NCBI GenBank assembly: GCA_037447605.1
Contig: CM074807.1
Coordinates: 3,360,829 to 3,424,828 of the forward strand
From: Zygnema circumcarinatum SAG 698-1b
Taxonomy: Eukaryota; Plantae; Zygnematophyceae
DNA length: 64,000 bases
Direction: 5' to 3'
Numbering within the stretch: position 1 is the first letter of the stretch; each line of letters begins with the position of its first letter. Under the pieces are notes generated by a model that saw nothing but the letters and a program-made list of their open reading frames with translations, did no database searches and was not told the DNA's origin. A program made the position numbers and the translations under genes. Shown here in pieces: positions 1-29,326 of this stretch.

Positions 1-130
1 CACACACACAGGCACACAATGTCAAACCATTGCTCTCTCTCTCTCTCCCTCTTTCCCTCCCTCCCTCCGTCCCTCCCTCCCTCCCTCTCAGCACACACTC
101 ACAGACGCAATCTCTCTCTCTCTCACACAG

Positions 131-17742
<17,612 letters not shown>

Positions 17743-20700
17743 CGAAGACCCGAACCCTAACCCTAACCCTAACCCTAATTTCATGCTGGAAAGGAGGACG
17801 AGGGCTACGCGAAGGTAGTAGTTATTCCATGGGCGGGAGGGAGAGGGAGAGGGAGAGAAAAAGAGGGAGAGGGAGAGCGGGAGAGGGGGAGCGGGGGAGA
17901 GGGAGGGAATGGGACGGAGTGGGAGAGGGAGACGAGGAGAGGGAGGGACTGGGAGCGAGTGGGAAAGGGAGAAGGGAGAGAGACTGCGAGAGGGAAAGGG
18001 AGAGGGAGAGTGCTTTATGGTTCAGGATTTAGGGTTCCGGTTTGAGGGCTTTGGCGGGAAACGAGCTCCGCTGCATTCGAAACTTCTTGAAATGAATCTG
18101 TTTGTCGTTTAGGTCACTCGGTGACCGTTGCCGGTGTTACGAGGATCCAATCCACGCGTGCTAGGTAAGCGTTAGACACTGCGGAACTAGATACGATTGG
18201 CGCAGTTCTTACAGGAAATACGTAACTGAATTAGTTAGATCGAGCCAGCATGTGCACCGTAAACTGTGAACGTAACTGGAAGCCCTATTATTGTTTTCCA
18301 GATGTTTTATGTCCATGTTATATTTCAGTTTCAAAGTACGGCGCGCTTGCTGTGTTGGCAATTATTGTACAATCAAAACGCAGCGAATATCGTTCGGAGA
18401 TTTGTAGTTCAACAGTGGCAGTACATGGAGCGCCTATTTCCAATACATAGAAACAGTCCCGGTATAGTAAAGTCCGCAAAGTCTCAATTTCATATTTATA
18501 GAAAAAAAAAATCTGATTCGTACCGTATGAATGGTACGATTCGTGACCGACTTTTGCGATGATCCCGCGAAAGGACTGGGACTGTACCAACGCGTATCCA
18601 ACGCTGTAGGGCATTGTACGAAATCTTACGCAACTGGCGTCATCTTACGACAGCGACAGCCAAACGTTCCCAAACCCACGTCACGCGGTTTTGAAACTTC
18701 CTCGCCAAAAGTTTGCAAACCTACCGCCACCGTACAGACGAACGAGCATTTTGTCGTTCTCCCACGCGGCTCGTATTGATTGGAGAGTCGCCAGAAAAAG
18801 ACGGCAGTCGTACGGACGTGCAGTTGGACAGTAGTGTGTTCGTACATCTCGTCAGTCCCGCCCGGGTGCCGTCGGGACACGTGGCGACCGGATGACGACA
18901 AGAGGGACGCAAGAGTCAGCCACGTGGTAATTTGACCGCCGCTTGCGGACAAATAACTGTAGTCGGTCATAATTGGCCGGCAAGGTCCGCCAGATACGCG
19001 GCAAAAAACCACTTTTATAGATTGAACCAATGGTTGGCCACCACATGGGACCGAATTTTTGAAAAAATTGAACCAAATATCTCCTTAACCGCGGGGCGAC
19101 CCGTGGTCGTTAAATTCTCGGTGGTGCGCACCTGTACGGACGATCTGAGAAATGTACGAACGGAACGTCCCAAAATTCGGCGGCTGGACACGTGGCAGCG
19201 CACAGTCAGTGAGGGAGGCGACTGTTGACGGTGTTCGTACGTTTTTCTGTACGGGTTGACCCTGGAAAAGTCCGGGAGACAGTGGCGGCACATGGAGCAC
19301 CGACACCTGAAATCCGTTAAACGGCCGTCGGTCTCCCGCCCGAGACTGCTTTTTTCTTGGAAGATTAAAAAGAAAAAATTACAGTTTGGAATATTTTGAG
19401 CAAAAACATTTCGAAAGCGACAAGACGGGCAGCGCAATCTTCGAGGACGGACCCTGCTAGACGTTTTCGCCAATCAGTTCTCACCACGTGTCAAATATCG
19501 AACGACCTGGCGGTCACTCAAAAATTTTAATCGGAATAAATTTGAAAATGCTTACATACATATATCGATGTGAAAAAAGTGTCCAATTTCTCCAATTTCT
19601 AATTTGTTTTTCCTGCCCGCGCGCGTGCCCGCCTGCCCAACCGCGCGCTGCCGTCCGGCTACGCGTCACGGCAGCGTGGGCGGGCGGCACTGGCGGAGAG
19701 ACCGTACGGCCCGCGTCCCCAGATCAACCGACGGATCAACCTTCTTAACCCCCGTCATTTCTAACTCAATATCAGGCCGATCCACCAAGAACAGCTCAAA
19801 TCCACCATGATTCCCTCTAAAACTCAACCCTTGACTACTAAATCCACCATCGACCCCCGATCTTGAACTGCTGTCGAGTGCACGTGGATCCCGCATGTCA
19901 ACGGTGGATCCCTGCAGCAGGGCGGCTGTTTGGCAGGCGGCAGTGGTCCTGTGCGGTTGCTCTGCCGGAGAGGGCCTTCCCCGCACGTGCGAGCCTGCAG
20001 GCCATGGCGGAGCCCTGGTTCAGGGCCGGGGCCGGGGCAAGCCGGGGCTTCAGCTGAACTCTGGCGCTGGCGGGGGGTTTGGAAGGGGAAGGGGGACCTT
20101 GGCAGGGTTTTGGACGGCGGGATTGGACGGGAGGCCGGGCAAAGGGGCTGTTTGGTAGTGCGGGGGGAGGTGACACGTGGCGGGCTATTGGAGGAAGGAG
20201 GGAGAGGGAGTGAGGAGGGAGGAGGGAGGGAGGGAGGGCGGGAGGGAGAGAGAGGAGGAGGAGGAGGAGGAGGAGGAGGAGGTGGAGGAGGAGGGTCAAT
20301 GGCGGCGACAGCTGGCGGGACTGGAGGTAGAGAGGGTTAGGTGGATGGAGGAGGCGCATTTTTAGCTTGTTATGATCAGTTGATTGTTTAGAATAGGGGA
20401 TAGAGAGTGAGGTAGAGTTAGCGAGGAGGAGGAGGGAAGAAGGAGGTAGGTTGGAGTCGTGCAAGGGAGCTCAGCATGGAGACTCTGTTGCGTTGCAGTT
20501 GAACGGCGCAGTGTTTACATGCTGCTGGACAGGTAAGGTAGTTGGCGCCTGGAAGGCGGGAGTGCAATGGACGGAGGGAGAGGGGGAAAGGAGTGAAGAG
20601 GAGTGATGGAAGATGGGAGAGGGGCGGGAGAGAGAGGTCAACGGAGTCTGGGGAAGCGAGAGAAAGAGATGTGAGCTCAGTCAAAGTGTAATGTGAGGGT

Positions 20701-21708
20701 ATTGGGGGTTGCTTCACTAGGAAGGAAGAATGTCACGTCTTCATTTGTGTTGGAATAATTCAGTTTGAGTGCAAGTAGAGCCCTTCAGGACGTTCTGTTG
20801 TTCAAAGAACATCGACTTTATGGTCTATCTCATTCTGTTCTTGTCTTTCTGCGTTTCCCCCCACCTCCCCCCAGCATACTAAGTTCGTACCTGGTAGGTA
20901 GACGGGAGGATAAGAAACAAAGAAGAGTAGGCATTTTTGGTCGAATTCAAATTGAGGAGCTTTTCCCAGTTGAAATCTTGGAGAAGAGCTGGAGTGCTGT
21001 CGCTGCCTGCTTAGGGGATGAAGGGCATGTTTCAGCAATACTTGGAGCACACAGGTTTCAGTCGTTCCAGTCTTGAGCTTCTTCTGCTCAGCTGCTCAGA
21101 GTTACTCCGTTGCGTGAACACGGGGTTACTGCATTCAGTTAGCTGTGGTAACTTTTGAGTCCCTTGTTCCTTGAAATTGGTGAGGACTTAGCTACTGCAG
21201 AATCTGCAGTCTTCTGAGCTGATTTCCTAAAGGATTGTAGCACGAATCAGTGAGAATAACTCGTGTTAGCTTCATTGGCTAAGTTTGCTACGGAGTGACA
21301 ACCCATCATTCCAGTCGTACAGTTGGAACCACCTGAAAATTAAGGAACTTTTGTTCTGACTACTTTTCCGACTCCTGAATCCTGTTGATGAACAACACTT
21401 CTTGTAGGCGAAGGTCGTATGTTGACGGTACTTCAGTTGTGACTGCAGAGCTTTGAATTACATTCTACAGCTCCTATTTTTTCTACAGGATGAGTAGGAG
21501 ATGTGAGTGCTGAACTGTAAAAGGGACCTGTTTAAGGTGTGATAATGGAGAGAAATAAGGATGAAGCTTCTGCATATTTGAGCTGCCCGAACAAGAGCTC
21601 TGACCGTTCATTTGGTCGGAGATTTGCTGTTCAGGTGGCTTGAAGAGCAGCCTCCAGACCCTTAGAAACTATCGAGGATTGAAAGACCCCGAAGTAATCT
21701 CCACTGCT

Positions 21709-24700
21709 ATGGCAGGGGCTGCAGTAGAGAGCCTGCAGTATGGAAGAGACATGCTACATACTATGACCGGAACTAAGCTTCAGGAAAACATGGAAGACAA
21801 CCTGCAGCGGAGTGATGCTGTACAGCAGATGGAGGAGGAGGAGCAGCATCAGCACGAGGAGGGAGAGGGAGTTCGGGAGGAAGAGAGAGAGGGGCAGCCA
21901 AGTGAGAACGGAGTTTCAAGCAGCTGTGTTCGATCCGAGGAGGAGGGAGAGGCGGATGTTCTGGATATGAAGGCAGAGGGGCAGGAGAGTGAGATGTCCC
22001 GCTCACATCTATGCAAAATCTGCAATAGAAATTTTCTGTCTGGCAGAGCTTTGGGAGGGCACATGAACACACATCGGGCGGAGCAAGGGGAGACTGAGGG
22101 AGGGTCCCATACAGAGACTGCAAAAAATGCATTCGGTCAGTGTGATGCTAAGCCCTCTATAGTGATTCGGCCTGCAAGTACTCGAGTTCGGACTGTACGT
22201 CACAATCAAACTCTTCTAGCTGGAGAAGGTGCAGAAAACGACAATGCAGGCTTCAGGGGAGTGAGAGTCAACGGATCTGGCTCTGGAATTGCGAAGAGTG
22301 AGGGAGAGGAAAAAATGGTAGATGAGCGGAAAGGTGGAAAGTCGCCTTCAGCTTCAAAGTCAGGGGAGGGGTCTCCCTCTTTCGACACTGATGCAGGGGT
22401 GCTGCAGGTGAAGGAAGAAGAGCAAGGGAAGGAGGGAGGGGCTCACGTGGGAGAGGAAAATGACTCAAAATGGAGCGGCGATAGCAGTAAGGTCCATGAA
22501 TGTAAGTCCTGTTTTCGGCATTTCCCTTCTGTGAGGGCTCTCAGAGGGCATATGCGCATACATAGCGCAGCAGGGGAGGGGCTGCCTAAGGTCTCAGATG
22601 CCGAAAGGAGGCCGGATGTTTCGGAGTACGAATGGTCAAGTGGGTCGGAGCGATTCTCAGGTGAGAGAGAGCGGAGCCCTCCCTCTCTAAAAGGTGGGCA
22701 TGAGTGGACCAAGAATGCTTCAGAGTGTGGAGGAGGACTGGGAGGAGAGGTTGGAGCGGATGCAGGAGCAGTCGGCTTTGTTAAGTTTCGGAGTGGGAAG
22801 CAGTTGTTTCAGTGCCGGGTCTGTGAGAAGGAGTTCATCTCCGGAAGGCTTCTAGGGAGGCATATGAAGAGGCAGCATCCGAGGGGAGTGGAGTCTGAAC
22901 GGGGTAGTGGGGAAGGTAGTGAGGGTATGGGAGGAGAAGGAGAGCGGACGGGCGAGCTTGGGGGGTCGTCGGAGTCACGGGAAGACAGAGGAGGGAGTGA
23001 TGCCGAAGGCGATAATGAGATGGGAGAGGCTCCGCGTGTGAGAGTGCATGTCTGTAGCGGATGCAGGCAAGTGTTCACCTCTAGGAGAGCTTTCTGCGAT
23101 CATAGAAAGCAGCATGATGGTGAAGGTCGCAGAAGACAGAAAAGGACCGGATCGGGAGTGGGAGGCTTAGCAGAAGCCCTTGCTGGTCAAGTGCATGTGA
23201 ATTCGGTGGAGGGGAATTTGGAGCACTCTTCAACGGCACGGAGACTGCCTGTTGGTCTCAATTCAACGGAGTGTATCTGCTCAGAATGTGGAAAAGAGTT
23301 CAACTCTTGCAAGGCCCTCTTCGGGCACATGCGATGCCATCCTGAGCGGGAATGGAGGGGGATTCAGAGGCCGGGGGAGACTCCTATTGTGAATAACAAT
23401 AATGCATCAGGAGGAGGAGGAGGAGGAGGAGGAGGTGGTGGAGGAGGAGGGAGGAGCGTGCTGAAAGGAAGGAAGAGTCAGGGGCATGAATCGGAGTCGC
23501 AAATAGGTCCACAAACGGAAGGAGAGATCATTCAACACAATCCCAATGGTGCCTTAGGATCTGACTCGGAAAGTGCTGAAAGCATTGAAGCTGCGTATGT
23601 GAACACACAGAAAAGCGTGGAGATAGGGAGTTGGATGACCGGAAAGAGGTCGAAAAGACCCAGAGTGGCTGTGAGAGCGATTCAGATACCCCCTCATCTC
23701 CTTCCTGAGAGTGGAGCAGTAGAGACTCCCTTGGCAGTTCGACAGGAAAGGCAGGAGAGGGATACTGCTGACTGCTTAGTCATGCTTGCAGCTGCAGCCG
23801 GAGTGGGGGGGCCTTCTCTTTTTCCGGAGGAGGGAGAGAGAGGGAAAGAGGGACAGGAAACGTTTGACGAGGAGAAGGAGGAGGAGATGCAGGAGCAGGA
23901 GCAGGAGAGTGGTACGGAGGAGATGGATGAGGGGGCGGAACAGGATGAGAAAGAAAGGGAGGAAATGGAGGGATTGGAGGAGACAAGCAAGATGGAGGTG
24001 GTTGAGGAGCTGAATGAAAATGAGCTGGAAAGTTCGGAGCACAACGAAGGGGAGGAAGAGATGGCAGATGTGGGGAAGCGGAGTTCAGAGGCGATGCATG
24101 AAGAACAGAGACATGGTGAAGTGATGCAGGTTGGGAGTGGAGCAGAGGAAGTGGAAGGCAACTTTGGAGAGGATGCTTCAAAAAGGAGAACTTTTATGGC
24201 AGAGGATGGAGGGAGTGGAGCAGAGCAGGGAGAGAGTATGATAGTGGAGATGCACTCGCCTCAAGTTGTGGGAGGGTTGGGAAGGAAGAGGCAGCGGAGT
24301 GATGAAACTGTGTTGCAGAGTGAAACGAAAAATATGACTGAAGACAAGCAACCCCTCCGTACATTAAAAGGGGACGAAAGCAGCGGACCCGGAACTTCAG
24401 TTGTTGCCAATAATGACTCAACCAGAAATGCTTCTCAAAGGAGGGGCTCAGAAGCTTCAGAAGATAAACTTTTAAGTGGGTGTGATAAGTACATTTGTTC
24501 CACCTGCCATAAAGTTTTTAAGTCACATCAAGCTCTTGGTGGGCATCGCGCGAGCCACCGAAAAGTTAAGGGAGTTCTCTTCCCTAAGAAACTTCTCACT
24601 GAAGGCTCTGTAACCTCTATGGTAAGTGTCCATTGCGTTCCAAGAGAGGGAGCCATTTCCTTGCAGGAGGGTGGGAGGGAGGGAGGTAGCGCTCCCTTCA

Positions 24701-26739
24701 GCACACTCAGCTCAGTCGCTATATCCACTATCCTCGGAGAGACAGAAAAGGCCAAAACTCAAGGGGATGAAGGGAGAGAGGACGTAGCGGGGCAAGTCAA
24801 GCAGGAGGAGGATGGGAGAGAGGTTGTGATAGCAGAGAAGATGGAGGAGGCGAGTAGAGAGTGGCGACTATCTGCTAACGCAGGTGTAAATCGAACAGAT
24901 CGAAGCGTTGTAGGAGGAGGTAGTGAGGGGGCTGCTTTGCCTGTGATCAGAGCAAAAGGAGAGACTCTTCTTGAGAAGGTAAAGGTGGAGACAGATGTGG
25001 GAGATGAAGCGTCTTCTCTGCATATAGCGGAGACCCGAATTCCTTTAGCACTTACGGGGAATGCGATGTCTGCTGGAAGCTCGGGTGGGAGGAAGAGGAA
25101 TGTGGGTCAGAAGGAGGGAAACTGGAAGGGAGAGAGGGCAGAGGAAGGCTCAGAGGGAGGCTCTAGTGGTGGAGGAGGGCTTGGTCTGAGAGTTCTCCTT
25201 AGAGGGAAAGGGCATGTTTGCACCATTTGCCACAAAGTGTTCTCCTCTGGTCAGGCTTTAGGTGGCCATAAGCGGTGCCATTGGACTGGGAATACTGCCA
25301 ATGATCCGGTTAATGCTAGTCCAGAACCCAGCAGCATTAGCATAGAGAATGGGCCTGCAGGGAATGAAGTGGGAGGAAACCACGCTCCGTTTGCTTCCAT
25401 TCTCGCTAAAGTAAATGGGGTGAAATCATCTCGCCAGGAAAGGACCTGCAAGGAGGAGTTTCTTGACCTAAATCTTCCCGCTCCGGAGGAGGAAGTTGGT
25501 GCGCCTATCCGCGAAGGAGGAGGAGCTCCTTCCCCACAGAATGGTATGTGGCAAAGTGGGCCCTCTAACATGGGAGGAGGAGGAGGAGGAGGAGGAGGAG
25601 GAGGAGGAGGAGGAGGAGGAGGGAGCGGACAGGGATCGAGAGTGGGGTCTCCTTCACAGATGAGTTCAGTGGAGACAGGGGTAGGAAATGCAAACAGTAG
25701 AGGCCCCTTCAGCAGCAGCAAATTGGGAGTCAATGGCTTCTCTCTGGTTGGAGTTCAAGTCCCCAATTCAAAGCCGCTGGGGATTGTCCCTCGCTCTCCA
25801 GTCTTGAACTATGGAGGAAATCAGGGCCACTCTGTATCCTCCACTACCACTCCGTCTACCTCCACTGCTACCACTCCCGCTACCACTACAACGTCTGCAA
25901 TGGATTCACCAAGTCAAGTCTCTCGCCAGCAGACCCTTCTTGAGCCTCTGACTTGTCAGAGGGGAAGCTCAGCCCGCCTTCCTCGAATGAGTCCCTTAGG
26001 AGGCCGACCCCTCCTTCCAAACCCCATGTATTCTTCCTTAGGAATGCAGGAGGAAGAAATTAAGCGTGTTGGTTTCCATTGGCTCTCATCCGGAGCTTTG
26101 GGGGGGGGGCGACTTCTCAACCCTCACAATGATGGACTGCAAAGCAGAGGCATGGACGCTCCCTCATCTCTCCCTACCCACCAAAACTCGATGGGAAAAC
26201 AGTTAGAATGGGGCTCCTCCAATGCAGGCTCTGCATCTGAAACTTCTCCCAAAAACTTGCTCGCAGCAGCAGGTTTTCAATCCCCAAGTGGAGCCCTTCC
26301 ACAGGGATGGCATCCAAACCTCACAGCTATGGGGCTTCAGCAAACTCTCTCCCCCCAAATAGCTGCCTATAATCTTCAGCAATCTTCTCTCTCTGTGGGA
26401 TCCCATCGAAACCTGCAGCAGGGGCAGCTTTTTAGCAGGCCTGCAGCTCCCGGGATGCAGCTCGCTAACCCTAATTTCAGACCAGTGGAATTCAGCTTTC
26501 GAGATGCTTATACTTTGGGAGATTCGGGAGGGAAGGGACCTTCTCCAAGGGGACTCGTACAAGGAAGATCGATGGAGCTTCGAGGAGGTTCACCTCCCTC
26601 AGGGAGCAGTCCTGTACCCTCATATGCTTGCCAGTTGTGTAAGAGAGATTTTCTCTCTTTGGGAGCTTTGGCAGCCCATGAACAGGGACAACATGGGCAG
26701 TTCCGAATGCATCCCGAATGCACCGTCACCTCCGTATAA
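21709..26739 (+). CDS. DAZ1: DAZ1/DAZ2 (ZAT2/ZAT3)-like C2H2 zinc-finger repressor with 8 fingers and an EAR motif, single exon
   Basis: Open frame 21640-26739; the track start is TTG and the first ATG is at 21709. Fingers include [29 protein letters not shown] (~23278), [21 protein letters not shown] (~24496) and [22 protein letters not shown] (~25219). It also has an L-box-like ADCLVMLA and the EAR motif DLNLP at 25465. The symbol indicates the clade; orthology is untested. Confidence 0.85.
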   Translation: MAGAAVESLQYGRDMLHTMTGTKLQENMEDNLQRSDAVQQMEEEEQHQHEEGEGVREEEREGQPSENGVSSSCVRSEEEGEADVLDMKAEGQESEMSRSHLCKICNRNFLSGRALGGHMNTHRAEQGETEGGSHTETAKNAFGQCDAKPSIVIRPASTRVRTVRHNQTLLAGEGAENDNAGFRGVRVNGSGSGIAKSEGEEKMVDERKGGKSPSASKSGEGSPSFDTDAGVLQVKEEEQGKEGGAHVGEENDSKWSGDSSKVHECKSCFRHFPSVRALRGHMRIHSAAGEGLPKVSDAERRPDVSEYEWSSGSERFSGERERSPPSLKGGHEWTKNASECGGGLGGEVGADAGAVGFVKFRSGKQLFQCRVCEKEFISGRLLGRHMKRQHPRGVESERGSGEGSEGMGGEGERTGELGGSSESREDRGGSDAEGDNEMGEAPRVRVHVCSGCRQVFTSRRAFCDHRKQHDGEGRRRQKRTGSGVGGLAEALAGQVHVNSVEGNLEHSSTARRLPVGLNSTECICSECGKEFNSCKALFGHMRCHPEREWRGIQRPGETPIVNNNNASGGGGGGGGGGGGGGRSVLKGRKSQGHESESQIGPQTEGEIIQHNPNGALGSDSESAESIEAAYVNTQKSVEIGSWMTGKRSKRPRVAVRAIQIPPHLLPESGAVETPLAVRQERQERDTADCLVMLAAAAGVGGPSLFPEEGERGKEGQETFDEEKEEEMQEQEQESGTEEMDEGAEQDEKEREEMEGLEETSKMEVVEELNENELESSEHNEGEEEMADVGKRSSEAMHEEQRHGEVMQVGSGAEEVEGNFGEDASKRRTFMAEDGGSGAEQGESMIVEMHSPQVVGGLGRKRQRSDETVLQSETKNMTEDKQPLRTLKGDESSGPGTSVVANNDSTRNASQRRGSEASEDKLLSGCDKYICSTCHKVFKSHQALGGHRASHRKVKGVLFPKKLLTEGSVTSMVSVHCVPREGAISLQEGGREGGSAPFSTLSSVAISTILGETEKAKTQGDEGREDVAGQVKQEEDGREVVIAEKMEEASREWRLSANAGVNRTDRSVVGGGSEGAALPVIRAKGETLLEKVKVETDVGDEASSLHIAETRIPLALTGNAMSAGSSGGRKRNVGQKEGNWKGERAEEGSEGGSSGGGGLGLRVLLRGKGHVCTICHKVFSSGQALGGHKRCHWTGNTANDPVNASPEPSSISIENGPAGNEVGGNHAPFASILAKVNGVKSSRQERTCKEEFLDLNLPAPEEEVGAPIREGGGAPSPQNGMWQSGPSNMGGGGGGGGGGGGGGGGGSGQGSRVGSPSQMSSVETGVGNANSRGPFSSSKLGVNGFSLVGVQVPNSKPLGIVPRSPVLNYGGNQGHSVSSTTTPSTSTATTPATTTTSAMDSPSQVSRQQTLLEPLTCQRGSSARLPRMSPLGGRPLLPNPMYSSLGMQEEEIKRVGFHWLSSGALGGGRLLNPHNDGLQSRGMDAPSSLPTHQNSMGKQLEWGSSNAGSASETSPKNLLAAAGFQSPSGALPQGWHPNLTAMGLQQTLSPQIAAYNLQQSSLSVGSHRNLQQGQLFSRPAAPGMQLANPNFRPVEFSFRDAYTLGDSGGKGPSPRGLVQGRSMELRGGSPPSGSSPVPSYACQLCKRDFLSLGALAAHEQGQHGQFRMHPECTVTSV

Positions 26740-28840
26740 TATTCATGTTCTGACCTATGTGGTTATCAATTCTCGATATTTCCCTGATTCGGAAACTGGA
26801 GAGGGCTCTGTTTCTGTTGACCAGACGATGTCGGCAACCTGAGTGCTCTCGTGCGCTCTCTCTCTCTCTCTCTCTCTCTCGCTCTGAACCTGCAGGAGGG
26901 AGGAGGAAGGGCTGTGAGGGGAAGATGGTTGCAGGGACGATGTTCTTGTTAATAGCTCGGAGGATTGCTTTGATCTCTTAAGAGTTGTACAGAGTTTGGA
27001 ACTCGAAACGGGGAATGTCACATGGCCATTTTAATACGATATGTTGGGAAGACAAGTCCAGAATGTAGTAGTAAAGACGTCTAAAGATGTAGTGGGTATG
27101 CAGCCGCTTTTAAGAGTCTTTCGAAGGCTGCTGCTGTATATAATTGCTGCATGGGAGCACAAGCATGAAAGGCTGAAGCTCTGCAGTTGCTTGTGATGGG
27201 AGAGAAGAGTGGGAGGGCCTCAGGGAAAGAGATACTGTGGGTTATATATGAAGGCTATCCTGTATCTTTTCGGTAGGACAGCTATACAGGGGAAGGAGTA
27301 GGAGAGGGCCGAACCCTAATTGCAGCCTGCAATGAAACTTTCTACTTGGTCGCCCTCATGAAAAGTAGGTTCAAGTTGGATACAACTCCTTTAGCAGCTA
27401 GACAGTCGCAGATTTAAGCGGAGTTTTGGACTTTCTCTCGCTCTCTCTCTCTCTCTCTCCCCCTCCCTCTCTCTCCCTCTCGCTTTTGCCAAATAGCTCT
27501 AGGGGTATCGTACAAATCTATACATTGGCTAAGTATGTGTGATAAGGGGCAGTCCTATAAAGACGGGTTTCCTTGTGTACATAGTGAGGGTGGATGTGGG
27601 AGGAGCTTCCCTCTGTAGCGAGTGAGACCAGAAGAAGCACACATGTGTGATGGAGCCTCTCCCTTTGTACATGTCATCATTTTCTTACTTTCTGTGTGAA
27701 ATCAATTTTATGGCTTGGTATGTCGAATGATACTGCATGGCATAGCATGATGTGACACGACATCTTGGCATTTATGACATGGTGTAAGCCATAGTCTGTG
27801 GCATGGTAATACAAATCGAGATGTTTGAGTGTGTGTCTCCATTGTGGGTTATTCTTAATTCACCAACTTCCAATGACGAGTAAATGAAGGCATCCATGAA
27901 GTATCTAAATTATTTTCTCAGTTGAAATGTATGAAAACCAAACCAAACCTGCAGCCGAGACATCACCATCATCAGAAGATGCAGATGAACTTAATTATAT
28001 GCTTCCCTGTAGACCTGCCGTTCAGAGCACAGGGCAGCTCCGGCTGCGAAAATTACGCCACAAAGCAATCTACGCTGAAGTACAAAAGATTCTGAAGCAG
28101 AGAAACTGCGCCAATTCATGCCTTTAAGAGAGAAGTGGCATTGGTTAAGGCCCTTCTAAGGATCCCCTTCAAGGCATGTAGTGTAATGTAATGGGCCATG
28201 TGATGTTTCCGAGGCCATGGCCCATAGTATCTCGGCATGCCATACATTGAAAAATGCGCGAGTCATGCTCGGTTTATCTTGCCCTCAACCACAGAAGAAC
28301 TCGAGGGTTTGGAGGAGAAAAGGAATAAGAAATGGTTTTCCAAAGGCTGTTGAGCATGTTTTAGGGCTAAGAAAAAGGCAACATACTTCAATGGGCCTAC
28401 TTCAATGGGCCTGCTCTGTGTTGACGGAACAGAGGATGCAGAATGAAAACGGACGAGAGGGAGAAAAAAAGTGAGAGAGGAAGATGCACAAAATTTAAAA
28501 TTTTGCTTCAAACATCACGTCGCATGACGTATCAAGTTACTTTTTTTCAAGATAAAACATCGTTGACATTGTTACCGAAACGGTCGAAGTCTAAAAAGAA
28601 GCTACACACTTGTGGCATTTATTTAGCTTCTCCTCACACAACAAGAGAACAAAACCTATACCCTGTCAAAGAGGTCAAACTTCTCTTCAAAATTAAAGGA
28701 AAGAGAAGGCCAAACACCGCCGTAACCCCTTGAGCTTCCGGGTAGAAAAAACTGTGACACATTCCTGTTCCCTTCCATGTCGAGCTTGTTCAGTTCAGTG
28801 CAACTAACTACTGTACAACGGTAAGAAACAAAATTCTTGG

Positions 28841-28920
28841 ATGAGTTCCGGCATGGATCAAGAAGCAGCCCCTCCCTATGAGAGTTGTGGCTGCCTCCTT
28901 CATATAGCGGAACACTCACA
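28841..28920 (-). promoter_or_regulatory. Eukaryotic form-II SECIS element
   Basis: Minus strand reads GUUCCG-cuau-AUGAA-GGAGGCAGCC-ACAA-CUCUC-AUA-GGGAG-G-GGCUGCUUCU-UGAU-ccaugc-CGGAAC. This gives helix I GUUCCG/CGGAAC, a UGAA/UGAU non-Watson-Crick core, a fully paired 10-bp helix II, an unpaired AA and an apical mini-helix CUCUC/GGGAG. Confidence 0.88.
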
Positions 28921-29326
28921 TAGACGGTGCCTCTCTCTGCCGTGAGAGGGAGACAGAGAGAGAGAGAGGGAATACTCCCTCTCTTACCTACAAAACATGC
29001 CCCGAATTCCGCCGTAGAGCATGCTCGTGACAGCACCCTCTGACATCCTGCCAAGGCCCCAGAAGCACAATTTCACATTTTGAGTGCGCAAACATGCGAA
29101 GAAGTATGACCCCTAACGTATTATTCAGTATCAGATCTAATAAAATGTACATAATAATTTTTTTTTTTGCCAAAAACATACAACATTTTGTGCAAACACA
29201 ATGCAAACTATGGATTATTTCAATGTAATGAAATAAAATAAAATAAAGTAAACAATATACGACTAGAATTTCTATGAAGTATTCGACAATACAAACGCAA
29301 AGCATACCCTCTAAGTCGCCCTCTCC

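Noticed and set aside
28656-29054. 132-aa minus-strand ORF, and a 31-aa spliced ORF (MSEGAVTS...) after the selenoprotein stop
   Set aside because: No recognisable similarity; they overlap 3' UTR introns and the SECIS, which explains the region better.
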